From contig OX597832.1 of the NCBI GenBank assembly GCA_951406725.2, forward strand, positions 57,102,001 to 57,166,000: 64,000 nucleotides of DNA, read 5' to 3'. Positions 1 to 13,005 of this stretch are shown piece after piece; position 1 is the first letter of the stretch, and every line of letters starts with the position of its first letter. Origin of the DNA: Octopus vulgaris (Eukaryota). A program made the position numbers and the translations under genes. The notes below the pieces were generated by a model. The model did no database searches. It saw nothing but the letters and a program-made list of their open reading frames with translations, and was not told where the DNA came from.

Positions 1-240
1 GAGCGAAATGCGTAGCCGTATTTCGTCTGCCGTTACGTTCTGAGTTCAAATTCCGCCGAGGTCGACTTTGCCTTTCATCCTTTCGGGGTCGATTAAGTAA
101 GTACCAGTTACGCACTGCGGTCGATCTAATCGACTTACGTTCTGAGTTCAAATCTCACCAAGATCAACTTTTCTGTTTCATTCTTTTGTGGAGTCGACTG
201 GAATCGATTGACGTAATCGACTTTTATCCCTCTCCTCAAA
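1..240 (+). mobile_element. SINE family A (tRNA head + Nin/Deu-like domain), partial copy plus degenerate fragment
   Basis: GAGTTCAAATTCC B-box followed by GGTCGACTTTGCCTTTCATCCTTTCGGGGTCGAT..AAGTACCAG, repeated throughout the window. Confidence 0.8.
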
Positions 241-329
241 AGGAATAAAAAAAAAAAAGCTGTTGTCCCTTGCAACCAACCATGGAGAATGTTACGATCT
301 CGGTCATTTATATATCATAGAAAGTAGGT

Positions 330-931
330 AAGCGGCGAGCTGGCAGAAACGTTATAGTATGCCGAGCAAAATGCCTAGCGGTATTTCGTCTGCTGTTACG
401 CTCTGAGTTCAAATTCCGCCGAGGTCGACTTTGCCTTTCATCCTTTTGGGGTCGATTAAATAAGTACCAGTTAAGCACTGGAGTCGATGTAATCGACTTA
501 ATCCGTTTGTCTGTCCTTGTTTGTTCCCTCTGTGTTTAGCCCCTTGTGGGTAGTAAAGAAATAGGTATTTGGTCTGCCGTTACGTTCTGAGTTCAAATTC
601 TGCCGAGGTCGACTTTGCCTTTCATACTTTCGGGGTCGATTAAATAAGTACCAGTTACGCACTGGGGTCGATATAATTGACTTAATCCGTTTGTCTGTCC
701 TTGTTTGTCCCCTCTGTGTTTAGCCCCTTGTGGGTAGTAAAGAAATAGGTATTTGGTCTGCCGTTACGTTCTGAGTTCAAAATTCCGCCGAGGTCGACTT
801 TGCTTTCATCCTTTCGGGGTCGATTAAATAAGTACCAGTTACGCACTGGGGTCGATATAATCCACTTAATCCGTTTGTCTGTCCTTGTTTGTCCCCTCTA
901 TGTTTAGCCCCTTGTGGGCAATAAAGAAATA
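330..931 (+). mobile_element. SINE family A tandem trimer
   Basis: Units 330-563, 564-747, 748-931; flanked by a TSD-like pair AGAAAGTAGG (319-328) / AGAAATTAGG (932-941). Confidence 0.9.
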
Positions 932-2408
932 AGAAATTAGGCAAGCGGTCCTGTAAGTCCTCAGGCTACAAAAATGAAAAACAAAAAGAAAACTGTATTA
1001 CAACTAATGTCGAAGAATTTCTGCAGGAACCTAATACTCCTAGAACTATCTAACTGCCAGGTCAATGACATTAAAATGTAGAAACTCGAAAATAAATAAA
1101 GATGAATATATTTACAAAAAAAACAAACGAATTTATTGAATCATAGAAGCATTGATTATAACCGTGAGTTCATATCCAAGTTATCTTTTTTCTTTTTTAC
1201 TATCTAAACACTCAATAAAACTTTAGTTTTTCATGTGTAAAAGTTCCGTTTTGGTAGCTGAATCGAAGTTGTTGATTAACTTCTGTTGTTGGCACTGATC
1301 CAGAGGACCAATGATCGAAAAACCTTCAAGCCAGGAATGGTTTACCTCGGAGTACATTATCCAATGTATTCTCTTTTAGACGTGTACTTTGAATGGGGTT
1401 TGGCTGTTATTTCTGTCCGTTGAGTGGCCCAGTGAAAACTCCTTTCCGTTGGGTTTACTAAAATGATTCCTAGAAAAAGTGAGACCATCTCCTTGTTTTA
1501 TTTACTGTTTTTTTTTTCGGGAATAGTATACCTCGGAATACATTTTTTTAATGTACTCATTTGTAAGACAGTGATGTTTACATTCCCGTAACTGAGCGGT
1601 TCGGCTAAAGATTGATAGAATAAAGTTCCAAGCTTTATTTATAAAAAAAGTTCTGGGGTCGATTCGTTCGTCTAAAAGCTCTTCAAACACTGCCCCAGCA
1701 TGGCCGCAGTCTAATGCCTGAAACAAGTAAAAGAGAAATGTAAAAGATAGTTCGAAGATTTTAGATGCTATTTCTGCCCGACTGGGCCACCTTGTAGCGA
1801 CTCCCTCTCGTTGAATTGTTTATTCTGGGATTTATTAAAATGATTTCCACAGAAATTGGAACTAACGTGGCAATCTTGGTTTGTTACGAACGAGCTCCTT
1901 GTTTAGGAATACCTATACAAGTGTGTCCCTTCATGAATTTGGTTCCTTGTAACTTCAAGAAAAAGGAATATTTTTTCATGAAATTTTCAGCAAATGCGTT
2001 TCAGATGGTGTAGATTACCATTATATTGAAATTCGTTGTGAAAATTTTTTTCCCACGAGCGGGGAGAGGAGTTTTGGAAAATCCATACGAGTTGGCTTTA
2101 TTTCATCATAACTTTTAGAAAAAATGGGTATTTTAAAATGGGATTTTGTACCCATCATGGCCACAGCTCGTGAGCTGAAACTAGATGTAATGAAATACCT
2201 TTCAGAGTGTATAGATTATGATTACACTGGAATTTAATATATATATATATAAAAAAAATTGGTGAGTTCGCACACATACATACTGACATACATCACAATT
2301 ATCATCCACGAAATGAAACTTTTCGAAAAAAATTGTGATGTGTCAGTGCAAGCCCACCATTTTTCTTTTTTCTTTTTCATATTAAATTCCGAATTAATCG
2401 TATTTACA

Positions 2409-2803
2409 CTTTTACTTGGTTCAGTCATTTGACTGTGGCCATGCTGGAGCACCGCCTTTAGTCGAGCAAATCGACCCCAGGACTTATTCCTAGTAAGCCT
2501 AGTACTTATTCTATCGTAGTCTTTCGCCGAACCGCTAAGTTACAGGGTTGTAAACACACCAGCATCGGTTGTCAAGCGATGTTGGGGGGACAAACACAGA
2601 CACACAAACATATACACACACACACACATATACATATATACGACGGGCTTCTTTCAGTTTCCGTCTACCAAATCCACTCACAAGGCTTTGGTCGGCCCGA
2701 GGCTTGTAGAAGACACTTGCCCAAGGTGCCACACAGTGGAACTGAACCCGGAACCATGTGGCTGGTAAGCAAGCTATTTACCACACAGCCACTCCTACAC
2801 CTA
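2409..2803 (-). mobile_element. SINE family B (tRNA head + CORE-like domain + internal microsatellite + second domain)
   Basis: Minus strand: A-box TGGCTGTGTGG, B-box GGTTCAGTTCC, CORE-like CACCTTGGGCAAGT, internal (TA/TG)n, 3' end ..GACTGAA.CAAGTAAAAG. Confidence 0.85.
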
Positions 2804-3946
2804 TAACTTACCACACAGCCAGAAAGTTTCATTAAAAATGCCCAGTTTTCTGAAAGTTATGAGGAGACAAAGCAGATTGGTGTGAATTTTTCGAAATTCT
2901 CACTCCACCCTCGGAGAAAAAAGTTTCACATTTAATTCCGATATAATCGTAATTTGCACCATCTGAAGCGTTGTTGTAGGAAATTTCATTAAAACACATC
3001 CAGTCTTTTAAAAGTTACGAGGCAATGAAGTCGGAGTGGGGGTGGCACACTTTTGTAGATATGCTTTTGTTTTTATGAACCCATTCTTCAAAATTCACTG
3101 AACTTCAAAGATAATGTCATTGCGTTGAATCGTATTTTTTTGGTTATAAACTGTGCTAAAAATGAACGTTTGACCTTGAACGAATAGAAACTGCGACAAA
3201 GCAAGATGAAAGTGTTCAGAGAGAAACTCTGGGGGATATGAGAACTTTCCGAACATATTTTCAGAACATAAATATGTATGTAAACGGACACCGATGAACG
3301 AGGGAGAAGACCGCACTGGGGGAAATGGGATGGAAAACTATACTTGGGGAATGATGTTTTATTCTTTGTTAGTTGATGAAATTATTAACGATGATTTATC
3401 AAACTACTTATTTAAAAGAAAAGAAAAAAAAAATGAAATAGGGCGACAAGCTTGCAGGATAGATAATACGTCGGACGAAAATGTTTTGCGGCATTTCGTC
3501 CCATCTTTTACGTTCTGAGTTCAAATTTCACCTGCGGTGATTATGCTTTTCACCCTTTCGGGGGTCGATAAAGTAAGTACAACCAAATGAGTACTGGGGT
3601 CTGTAGTATCAACTAACCTTTTTCCTTGAAAACTGCTGGCATCAGATATAGTTATTTCTAAAAGCAAAATGAGTGTCTATAAGTAAATGTCAATATTAAA
3701 AATATATATGTTAGCCGATGTATAAAATGTGTTCAGAATAATATATTTGCCATTTGTCGTTATTTGACGGCGGCATTTTGGGCGAAATTCAAAAGTGAAG
3801 AATGTTTCTTTATATATATATATATATATATATATTCATACAAACGTAAGGAAATAATAAAAACTGTGTGTATATGGTCGAGTTCATCCTTCTACCATTG
3901 TAAATTGCAGTAGGGAAACGAAATTTTCCCCACCAAAATTAGTATA

Positions 3947-4179
3947 TATTTCTTTACTACCCACAAGAGGCTAAACACAGAGAGGACAAACAAGGACAGA
4001 CAAACGGATTAAGTCGAATACATCGACCGCAGTGCGTAACTGGTACTTATTTAATCGACCCCGAAAGGATGAAAAGCAAAGTCGACCTCGGCGGAATTTG
4101 AACTCTGAACGTAGCGGCGAACGAAGTACTGCTAAGCATTTCGCCCGGCGCGCTAACGTTTCTGCCAGCTCGCCGCCTT
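3947..4179 (-). mobile_element. SINE family A monomer
   Basis: Full head-to-tail copy; TSD-like CCAAAATTAGTATA at 3933-3946 and 4187-4200. Confidence 0.9.
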
Positions 4180-4662
4180 TTTACCCCCAAAATTAGTATA
4201 ATCCTCAAGCTGGTCGTGTAGTTGTTTCGCCTCAGATTAGTCCTGATCGAGCAAAACTCGGACCGTAGATCTTCCGCCATGAATATCCCGTCATTTTCTC
4301 AGGCGTAGTCTATCTCGGACTACAGTAACCCTAACCTTTTTATTGAGACAGTAAAATGTAATTCAATGAAAATTTAGCTGTTGATTTTAGCAAGACAAGT
4401 GAGCACAATGATTCCTGAGCTGACAGTGTTTTGGGGTTTTGTTTTTTCTTTATTTTCAGCATCGGTCAAAAATGCCTTGCGGAATTTTTCCTGTTCTTAT
4501 ATCCAAAAGTTCATATCTCATCCTGCTGGACTTGAGTTCAAAATATTCGACTGGTACCCTACTGCCTCCCACCTTTGGCCTTGTGCCTACGTATGAAGGC
4601 AATAAGAGGTAACAGAAAACTGTTCTTGGTTCTGAGGTGATGTGTATGTGTGTCATGTAGCT

Positions 4663-5095
4663 TTTTCTTGTTTCAGTTATCGAGCTGCGGTCATGCTGGA
4701 GCACCGCCTTGAAGGGTCTTAGTCAAATGAATCGATCCCAGTACTTAATTTTTTAAAACCTGATGCTTAATCTATCGGTCTCCTTTTGTCGAACCACCAA
4801 ATTGCGGGGACTTAAACAAACCAACACCGGTTGTCAAGCGATGGTCAGGGACAAACACTCACGTACGTACATACATACATACATACATACACACACATAC
4901 ATACATACATACATAAGTGTGCGTGTTTGTGTACGACAGGCTTTTTTCAGTTTCCGTCTCCCAAATCCACTCACAAGGTTTTGGCCGGTCTGAGGCTATA
5001 GCAGAAGACACTTGCCCAATGTGCTACACAGTAGGACTGAACTCGGAATCAAATGGCTGGGAAGCAAACTCCTTACCACAAAGCCACACTTGCGC
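4663..5095 (-). mobile_element. SINE family B (diverged)
   Basis: Colinear with 2409-2803. Confidence 0.8.
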
Positions 5096-5124
5096 CCCCT
5101 CTCTCTCTTTCGACATCCATTCAT

Positions 5125-5197
<73 letters not shown>

Positions 5198-5398
5198 TAC
5201 ATACATACATACGGTACTGTGAAATGAGTAACAAAACAAATCAACGATCAGGGCTTCCAACCGAGACCATCCCGCCTTTTCTATCTTGAGCACTACAATG
5301 TTCAATGCATTATTTTCCTTTTATGTCATATTGTAATTTGAGGGAAAGTTGGCTGTTATTTCATTGGAAATTTTGAACAGCAAACGTTTCCCCATGGG

Positions 5399-5555
5399 CA
5401 GTGGCATAGCTAGAGCGTGTGCAATCGCGGAACACCACTTGAGCTTGCCGTATCCCACCCCGGGCCTCCCAAGCCTATAAAGGTTTTTATAGTATCCTCA
5501 ACAGGGCTGCCCTTATAGAAGTGGGCCGACCCCTTCGCCTTCCCTAGCTACGCTA
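5399..5555. mobile_element. Small MITE
   Basis: Imperfect terminal inverted repeats CAGTGGCATAGCTAG / CTAGCTACGCTA; related left ends near 53108 and 53690. Confidence 0.45.
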
Positions 5556-7039
5556 AAGGGGAAAGACGCAGAATTGACAGGAGAGGCCAAATTGTAAAAA
5601 ACGAAATTATGGAATATAAAAATTTCTTTTTAGAATCTCTAATTCCTGTTATATGAAGGGAAAACTCCCGTCTAATTCTTAGCCCCCTTTATTATTTGTA
5701 GCAGGCCAAACAAGAGCAATGTTTCAACGATGAGAAATCCGGAAGGAGTGCCTTAAAGTAGTGATTCCCAAACGATATACCACCGTGCCACAAATGCTTC
5801 GCAGGGGACATTTCTGCTGATTTTTAAAAACGTACACTGTACTCAGATACACCACACGGGATATATCGACATGCTTTAAGGATTGTTTAAAAATAAACAC
5901 TGTGCACAAATACACCGCAGAGAATATATTTAGGTACGCCAAAGATTTTTAAAAATATTATTCAAATTTATATATAGAAAATCCATACTTGGACGCCTTG
6001 AAAAAGTTTGAGAAAACGTGTTGTTATTCATAATTATACTCGAGTTATGATTAGCAAAACATTTTTTTTTATTTAAATTTCTGTCTGAAATACCTCATAA
6101 ATTTCAAGAGTACAAAATAGATGGAGGGGTACTGGCTACAAGCATCCTGTCTGATAAGCAACAGGTATTTATTTTGACGGGGTATGTACCCATTGAAAAA
6201 GTGGACGGTTTCATTCGTTGCCAGGTTTAATAGCACCCACCTAATGCTTTAGTAGTTTTTCGTAGGTGGTATACCCTGTTGTAAAGCAATCGGATCGGGG
6301 ACCAGCCTGGTCTGGGATTTGTTACTCCATCTTTGCCAATGACAGAGACCTCGAAAGGGAGCAATGGAAAGATAAGAAAAGGTGCTTTCTTCTCAATTGA
6401 AATAAAATAAAATAATGGTTTCGAATTTTGATAGAAAGTTATTAAAGAAGTAAGGTTAAGGTGATTATATTGACTTCCAGTGCTCAACTGGTACTTATTT
6501 TATCGACCCTAAGAGGATGAACTGCAAAGTTGACCTCGGCGGAATTTGAACTCAAACCTTAAAGAGTCGGAAGAAATGCTGCTAAGCATTTTCTCTGCAA
6601 GGAAAAAGAAACTCTTCCTAACATAAGCACAAGGCCTGGAATTTTGGGAAAGGGGTATAGTAGATTAGACCCCAGTTCTTAACTGGAACTTACTTTATCG
6701 ATCTAGAAAGGGAAAAAAGCAAAATCGACCTCAGTGGAATACGAATTCAGAATGCTAAGACTTTTTGAAGAAATGCTGGGACACGGGGGCGGGTGCAGAA
6801 AAGAAAACAGATGCTGGCTTTTGGTAAAATTGACCTCAATATATCACAGGTACTGTCTATATTATCTGATCATGGATTCGAACTCCGTAAAGAAATGACA
6901 GTACTAGATATGGAAGCCACCCCGCTTCCATGTGATTCTCACTAAAGCAACAACGATTTATAAACAAAAGCCCGACGAAAGATTCCACCCGGCGTCTGAG
7001 ATTCATTGGAGGCATGTCAATAGTAAGTTTGTCTTTAAT

Positions 7040-7187
7040 CAGGCATGGACAAACTTTTTCGAGGAGCGGGCCGCATGAGACATAGATCACCATCAGGTGG
7101 GTGGCACTCCTAAAAAAAATTCAGTATAATTTTTCATTCAAACGTGCCATTCAGAAAGTCCCGCGGGCCGCAGTAAGTCTATGCCTG
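7040..7187. mobile_element. hAT-like MITE
   Basis: TIRs CAGGCATGGAC / GTCTATGCCTG with subterminal GGGCCGCA motifs; TSD degenerate. Confidence 0.55.
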
Positions 7188-7659
7188 TCTAAGACAACGG
7201 TACAAACCTCAATATATTGTCAGAACGGTGGGTAGGTGGGTTGGCAGAATTATGAAGGGGCGTCAAATATATTAATCTAATGCTTGCGGTATTTAATTAA
7301 TGGGCCTTTACGTTCCGAGTTCAAATCCTAGTCTTTCAACCTTCCCCTTCTAGGGTCGATAAAAGTAGTGTACCTGTTAAAGTACCGCCGGCGATTTAAT
7401 ATTTTATTAAGAAGATGTCAATGGAATTTTAATGAAAGCGACCCCCTGAAGGGACGAAATTAATGGCTATATTGAATAGTCGACTGGCGTCAGAATTTTA
7501 TAATAGAAATAATAAAAATAAAGATTTTAACCTGGAATAATCTATCAGTTCTCCTCGAGGCCACAAGAAATATTGTTGAAGAACAAAGAACGAGGTGTGA
7601 CAAGACAATCGATTCTAAGCATCGGGATTGCATTCATAATATGTCCATAACCTTAAAGA

Positions 7660-8830
7660 TATGTGTGTATGTATGTATATACGTATGGAGGAAAGTTTGT
7701 GTGTGTGTGCGTATGTAGGTTTGTAATTGTCGGTGTATGTAGGTTTATTGAGTGTGTATGTCAATATGTAGGTCTGTAAGTGCGTATGTATATAAGTTTG
7801 TGTGTATGTATGTGTGTAGGTCTGTAATTGCCAGTGTATGTAGGTTTGTTGCGCGCGCGTGTGTGTGTCTGTATGTATATAAGTTTATGTGTGCGTGTGG
7901 GTTTGTAATTGTGCGTGTTGTAGGTTTGTGAGTGAGTGTAAGTACGTCTGTCTGTATCTGTGCGTAGGTCTGTGTGTATATAAGTTTATGCGTGCAGGTT
8001 TGTACGTAGGTCTGTGTGTGTGTGCGTGTGTGTGTCTGTGTAGGTCTGTAAGTGTGTGTGAATGTCGGTTTATAAGTATGAGTTAGTGTATGTCTGTATG
8101 TGTATACATGTCCCTGTATAGGTCTATAAGTGAGTGTGTTTGTAGATCTGTGAGTAGGTCTGTGCGTGTGTAAGCCTGTGTGTTTGTGTATGTAGGCCTG
8201 TGTGTAAGTGTGTCTCGGTCTGTATGTTTGTCTGTCTGTGTATGTGTACCAGTAAAGGTGTCTATGTATGTATGTGTATGTGTGTGTGTGCAAGTACCAT
8301 GTGTTCTGTGTCAGGTTTTTCAAACATTAAACATGTTTAAACGCAGCCTTAAGGAAACACCTCGAGCATATATATATATGTGCACACACGCGCACATATC
8401 AACATACATACATATCAACACATTATATGTATATATATATACGCGGCATTCCTTCGGGAGTGTGTACACACACGCACGTACACATACATGCAGACACGCA
8501 TACATACATACATACATATATACTTACATATGTATACACACGTAGACATACATTACATACACACAAACCAGCACACATACACTTGTACACATTTATATAA
8601 TATATACATATACATAAATGCATGGTCACATTACACGCGCCTGTGTGTATACACATGCACACACACATATTTACAAATTTATATAATGCACATACATACA
8701 CACACATACATAGATGCATACCCACATACACGCGCGCGCATTTAGTTTGTTTTGCCATCACAGCCAAGGCCATGTTGGAGCACCGCTTTATCTCTACACA
8801 CGTGTGTGTGTGTGTGTATAAGTGAGTGTA
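7660..8830. repeat. Degenerate (TG)-rich array (7660-8290, recurring TAGGTCTGT) followed by (CA)-rich array (8370-8740)
   Basis: Direct inspection. Confidence 0.9.
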
Positions 8831-8995
8831 TATAAAAATGAGTAGAGTAGAGTAGAGAGATTGACAGATGCATATTGAAAGAAAGAGATAAGGTTGACAG
8901 ATAATATAAAAATTGATGTAAGCGATAACAAAAAAAAAAAAGCCGATGAGTTGCAACAGAGGTTGTTTTTGTTATTTATTTTATTTTAAACTTAC

Positions 8996-9377
8996 CTGCA
9001 ACAAATTGTACGATTCCGGCAATTTTGGCAAGTTTTTCCGATATAAGATCGCTAACACATAGTGCCATGAGAGCGGTAAGAGAGACAATAACAGCAACAC
9101 CACATCCAGTGCCGATGGTAATAGTAGCTATCTGTGAGGCGAGGCTGGGTATGTCCATGAAAGTTGTGTAACGTCCACACTCTTCGACAATAATAATTGA
9201 TCCTGAACTAGAAAGGGTCGGATAGTTACATCTCCTGAACAATCCGAAATACACGGGAACCGATCCCTTTGTCTTGCCCTCCAGCCAAAACGGCATGTAA
9301 AGTCCAACACTGGCCGCGGCCGATGCCACAAACGACAAAAATGCCCACACGACGCCAACTCCACTTAAACTCGACAT
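8996..9377 (-). CDS. LHFPL6: First coding exon (382 nt, 127 codons + 1 nt) of an LHFPL tetraspan family gene, LHFPL6/LHFP-like; downstream exons not found in window
   Basis: Translation MSSLSGVGVVWAFLSF..VGLYMPFWL..FGLFRRCNYP..VEECGRY..F..IPS..GTGCG..LTALM.LCVSDLIS....IAG.VQFVAG aligns colinearly with the recalled human LHFPL6 N-terminus (MASSLTCTGVIWALLSF..FGTFRRCSYP..VEECGRYASF..CVSDLIS..IQFLGG). ATG at 9377-9375. Canonical donor GCAG|GTAAGT at 8996/8995 (phase 1). Confidence 0.9.
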
Positions 9378-10230
9378 CTTTTTAATAAAAACTAAAAATT
9401 ATCTATTTTGTGTGTTGTTGTTATATTAAAACTGTTTGATTAAAAAAATAAATAAGTAAAAATTCACCGTGAATACATGTACGGTCTGGCAGAGAGGCGG
9501 AATGGTTAAGAGTCCATCCACTTTATGATTGACATGAAGAGATAACAAACGTTAAGCAAGGGTGTTCGGTGTTTTCTTTTTTCTTTCTTGTATCCTGTGT
9601 AAAATGTCCAGTTTCCAATCAGCGACTAATAAAACAGTTCGATCACCTGCTGTTCGATAGTAAATCTAGTATAGTTACCAACGGCGATAGTGAATGCGTG
9701 TCTGGGACTAAAAATATGATTGTAAACAATCATAAGATAACTCGTGCTAGTAGTAAACAACGGAGTGGTTTGTGGTCGATAGTAGTTTGTCCTGATCAAG
9801 ATGAAGATGAATAACTATATCGATGACCTAAGTGACGGTGGCGGTGGTGGTGGCAGGAAGGAGTCGTTAGTGAATCGTTGCCTGTGAACAAGAAGAAGAA
9901 TTCTAGGCAATCAGCTGGAAGGTCGTGTGCTTTTGACCAAAGAAAGCACCGTTTTTTGTTGCTCTAATCTCATACGTTTTTCGGAACGAATTTAGTTATC
10001 AGCAACTCCCCCTCTCTTTCCTTCTTCTCTCTTACTCTCTCTCTCTATCTATCTATCTATCTATCTCTCCCTATCTCTCTTTTTCTCTCTCTCTCTCTTT
10101 CTCTTTCACTCTCCTTACCCTCCTCGAAGCTTCTGTAGAACGGAATCAGTCCAGTTCCTGCCTTTACACATTGGCAGAGTGTTTAGCGCTGACACCACCC
10201 AGTAAACAGAGAACCCTGTTGGAGGCGTGA
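9378..10230 (-). promoter_or_regulatory. Putative 5'UTR / proximal promoter of the LHFPL6-like gene
   Basis: Largely transposon-free, CpG-retaining sequence directly upstream of the ATG, with a (GA)n-type tract at ~10010-10110. The TSS is not determinable. Confidence 0.35.
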
Positions 10231-10246
10231 CTGCTATTATTATTAC

Positions 10247-10287
<41 letters not shown>

Positions 10288-11294
10288 CACAACATTCTTC
10301 CTTCTTCTATCTCTCTATTTCTCTCTCTCTCTCTCTCTCACTCCTCACAACATGAAAATATTGTAAACACACACACACACATATATATAGATATATATAC
10401 CGGCTTTTTAAAAGACGTGGATTTTAGGAAATATACGTCTCTTACCAGCAATTCCCCAAGGAAGAAAAAAAACCCCAAATCAACAGCTCTCAGTTACAGC
10501 CGGTTTGGCCTTCTTTCGTTTTTTTTACCTCAGTCGTCGCTGCTGATTAATTCAACCAAATGTGTGTGTGTCCGTGTGTTTTCGCCAGAAATAGGAAGTA
10601 TATAGAAATTTTATTATTATCTTTTTTCCGAAAATTGTTGATTTAGAGTAAGGGGAGGAAAAAAAGGCAAAGTGTGAAAAGAACCGCGGAAGTAAGGTTT
10701 TACGGTGAAATTTTGTTTAAATCCAGTTCAGCCCCTAATCAAGCAGACCTATGATCAAGCATATTCCAGCCGTGACCATCCTGTGTTTGTGTGTGTGTGT
10801 GTGTATCTGCGGTGTGATGTCTATACTAGGAACGACATTATGTGCTGTGTCTGTATTCCAAAACGGTAGACTTTGGTTTGAAGAAGATTTGGCTGCTATT
10901 TCTACAAGCTGGCGTGATCGCGTAGAGAGACTCCTTCGTTCAGCTTGTTTAGAAGGTGACTAAGGTTACTAACAGACAACTGTTTTATCAATGAACGAGG
11001 AAACTAAACACACACACTCTACACACACACGTACACGCATGCACACATACACACACGCACGCACGCATTCTAAACATATGCACTCGCGCGCACACGCTTA
11101 CATAAACTCACGCGCGCACCTAGAAGTGTACAAAATACATTAACTCCAGCGGCAAAATATTGAATCCTTTTTTAACAATGGATGTATTAATTGACTTTTA
11201 ATTATTATATAGGTGTGTCTGTGTGCGCGCTCATACGTACATACATACCAAGAGAGACAGACAAAAAGAGGGAAGAAAAAAGAATCTACTCACT

Positions 11295-11600
11295 TGTCTG
11301 TCTGTCTATCTATCTATCTATCTGTCTGTCTGTCTATCCATCTCTCTCTCACTCACTCTATCTATCTATCTGTCTGTCTATCCATCTCTATCTCTCTCTC
11401 ACTATCTATCTATCTATCTGTCTGTCTATCCATCTCTCTCTCACTCACTCTATCTATCTGTCTGTTTATCTATCTATCTTTCTATCTATCTGTCTGTCTG
11501 TCTATCTATCTCTCTATCTGTCTATCCATCTCTCTCTCTCTCTCACTGTCTATCTATCTATCTGTCTGTCTGTCTGTCTATCCATCTCTCTCTCACTCAC

Positions 11601-11659
<59 letters not shown>

Positions 11660-11732
11660 CTATCCATCTCTATCTCTCTATCTGTCTGTCTATCTATCTC
11701 TCTCTCTATCTTTCTTTCTATCTATCTATCTG

Positions 11733-11783
<51 letters not shown>

Positions 11784-11790
11784 GTCTATC
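11295..11790. repeat. (TATC/TGTC/TC)n compound microsatellite
   Basis: Direct inspection; source of the LSIY-repeat ORFs. Confidence 0.95.
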
Positions 11791-12133
11791 AACATCTATT
11801 TCGAGATAGTATCTATGTATGTATATATATATTTATACATACATGCATACATACATACATACAATAGATTATTATATATAAGTATATATGTGGTGCGTAT
11901 GTATGGTATGATGTGATGTGTGTGTGTGTGCTTGTATGTCAAGTTATATATAAAATCTTATTTTAACATTAAACTGAAAGACCACGTAACGCTTTCTTTC
12001 AGAGAAGTATATATTAATTTTTACGATTTTTTTTTTTTACAAGGAAAAGTCCACAGTGACTTCGAAGTTTCGGATTACCAGCTGTCATGGGACGACGAGG
12101 CTGCACTGGTTTGTAGTTTACACACACACACAC

Positions 12134-12217
<84 letters not shown>

Positions 12218-12518
12218 GTGTATTCAAATTTCCCCCTCCGGGAGTGAAACTTGTCTGTCACAGGGAAATGCTTGACCAACCAACAAGGTAGCTGGCTCAG
12301 CAGCGGCAAAGAGAAAGAAAGTGGTTATAAATATAAAAAATGTGGAGCCAAACACACGAACACAAGAAGTTTTAAACTCTTAGCGTCGAGCAAGTGTTGG
12401 CTGGCTGGCTGGTGGACTGGTAGGTCGGCTGGTTGACTGGTTACACGGAAGCAGCATTGGCAATTAGGGGAGAGAGTGAGAGATAGAAGGAATGAATGGA
12501 TGGATGGATGGATGGATG

Positions 12519-12587
<69 letters not shown>

Positions 12588-12689
12588 AGAGGGGAAGGGT
12601 GTAATATACGTTTCAGATGCGGCTGCGGTCATGCTGGAACAGAACATATACACATGCTTGTGTGTGTGTGTGTGCATATATTCTTCTTT

Positions 12690-12874
12690 CTTTACTTGTT
12701 TCAGTCATTTGACTGCGGCCATGCTGGAGCACCGCCTTTAGTCGATCAAATCGACCCCGGGACTAATTCTTTGTAAGCCCAGTACTTATTCTATCGGTCT
12801 CTTTTTGCCGAACCGCTAAGTGACGGGGACGTAAACACACCTCCATCGGTTGTCAAGCAATGCTAGGGGGACAA

Positions 12875-12912
<38 letters not shown>

Positions 12913-13005
12913 ATATATACGACAGGCTTCTTTCAGTTTCCGTCTACCAAATTGGTCGGTCCGGGGCTATAGCAGAAGACACTTGCCCAAGATGCCACTC
13001 CTGCG

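Noticed and set aside
330-931. Regularly spaced repeats suggestive of a CRISPR array
   Set aside because: 184-bp units are SINE bodies with no unique spacers and no cas genes; eukaryotic context
1-8995. Downstream LHFPL6 exons (expected YP.GW..C and C..GWAY motifs)
   Set aside because: Not found by eye on the minus strand; probably beyond the window start, though a short exon could have been missed
11191-11916. 200-240 aa ORFs in three frames (LSIY repeats); likewise 31346-31936 and 63116-63496
   Set aside because: Translations of (TATC)n microsatellites that lack stops by construction
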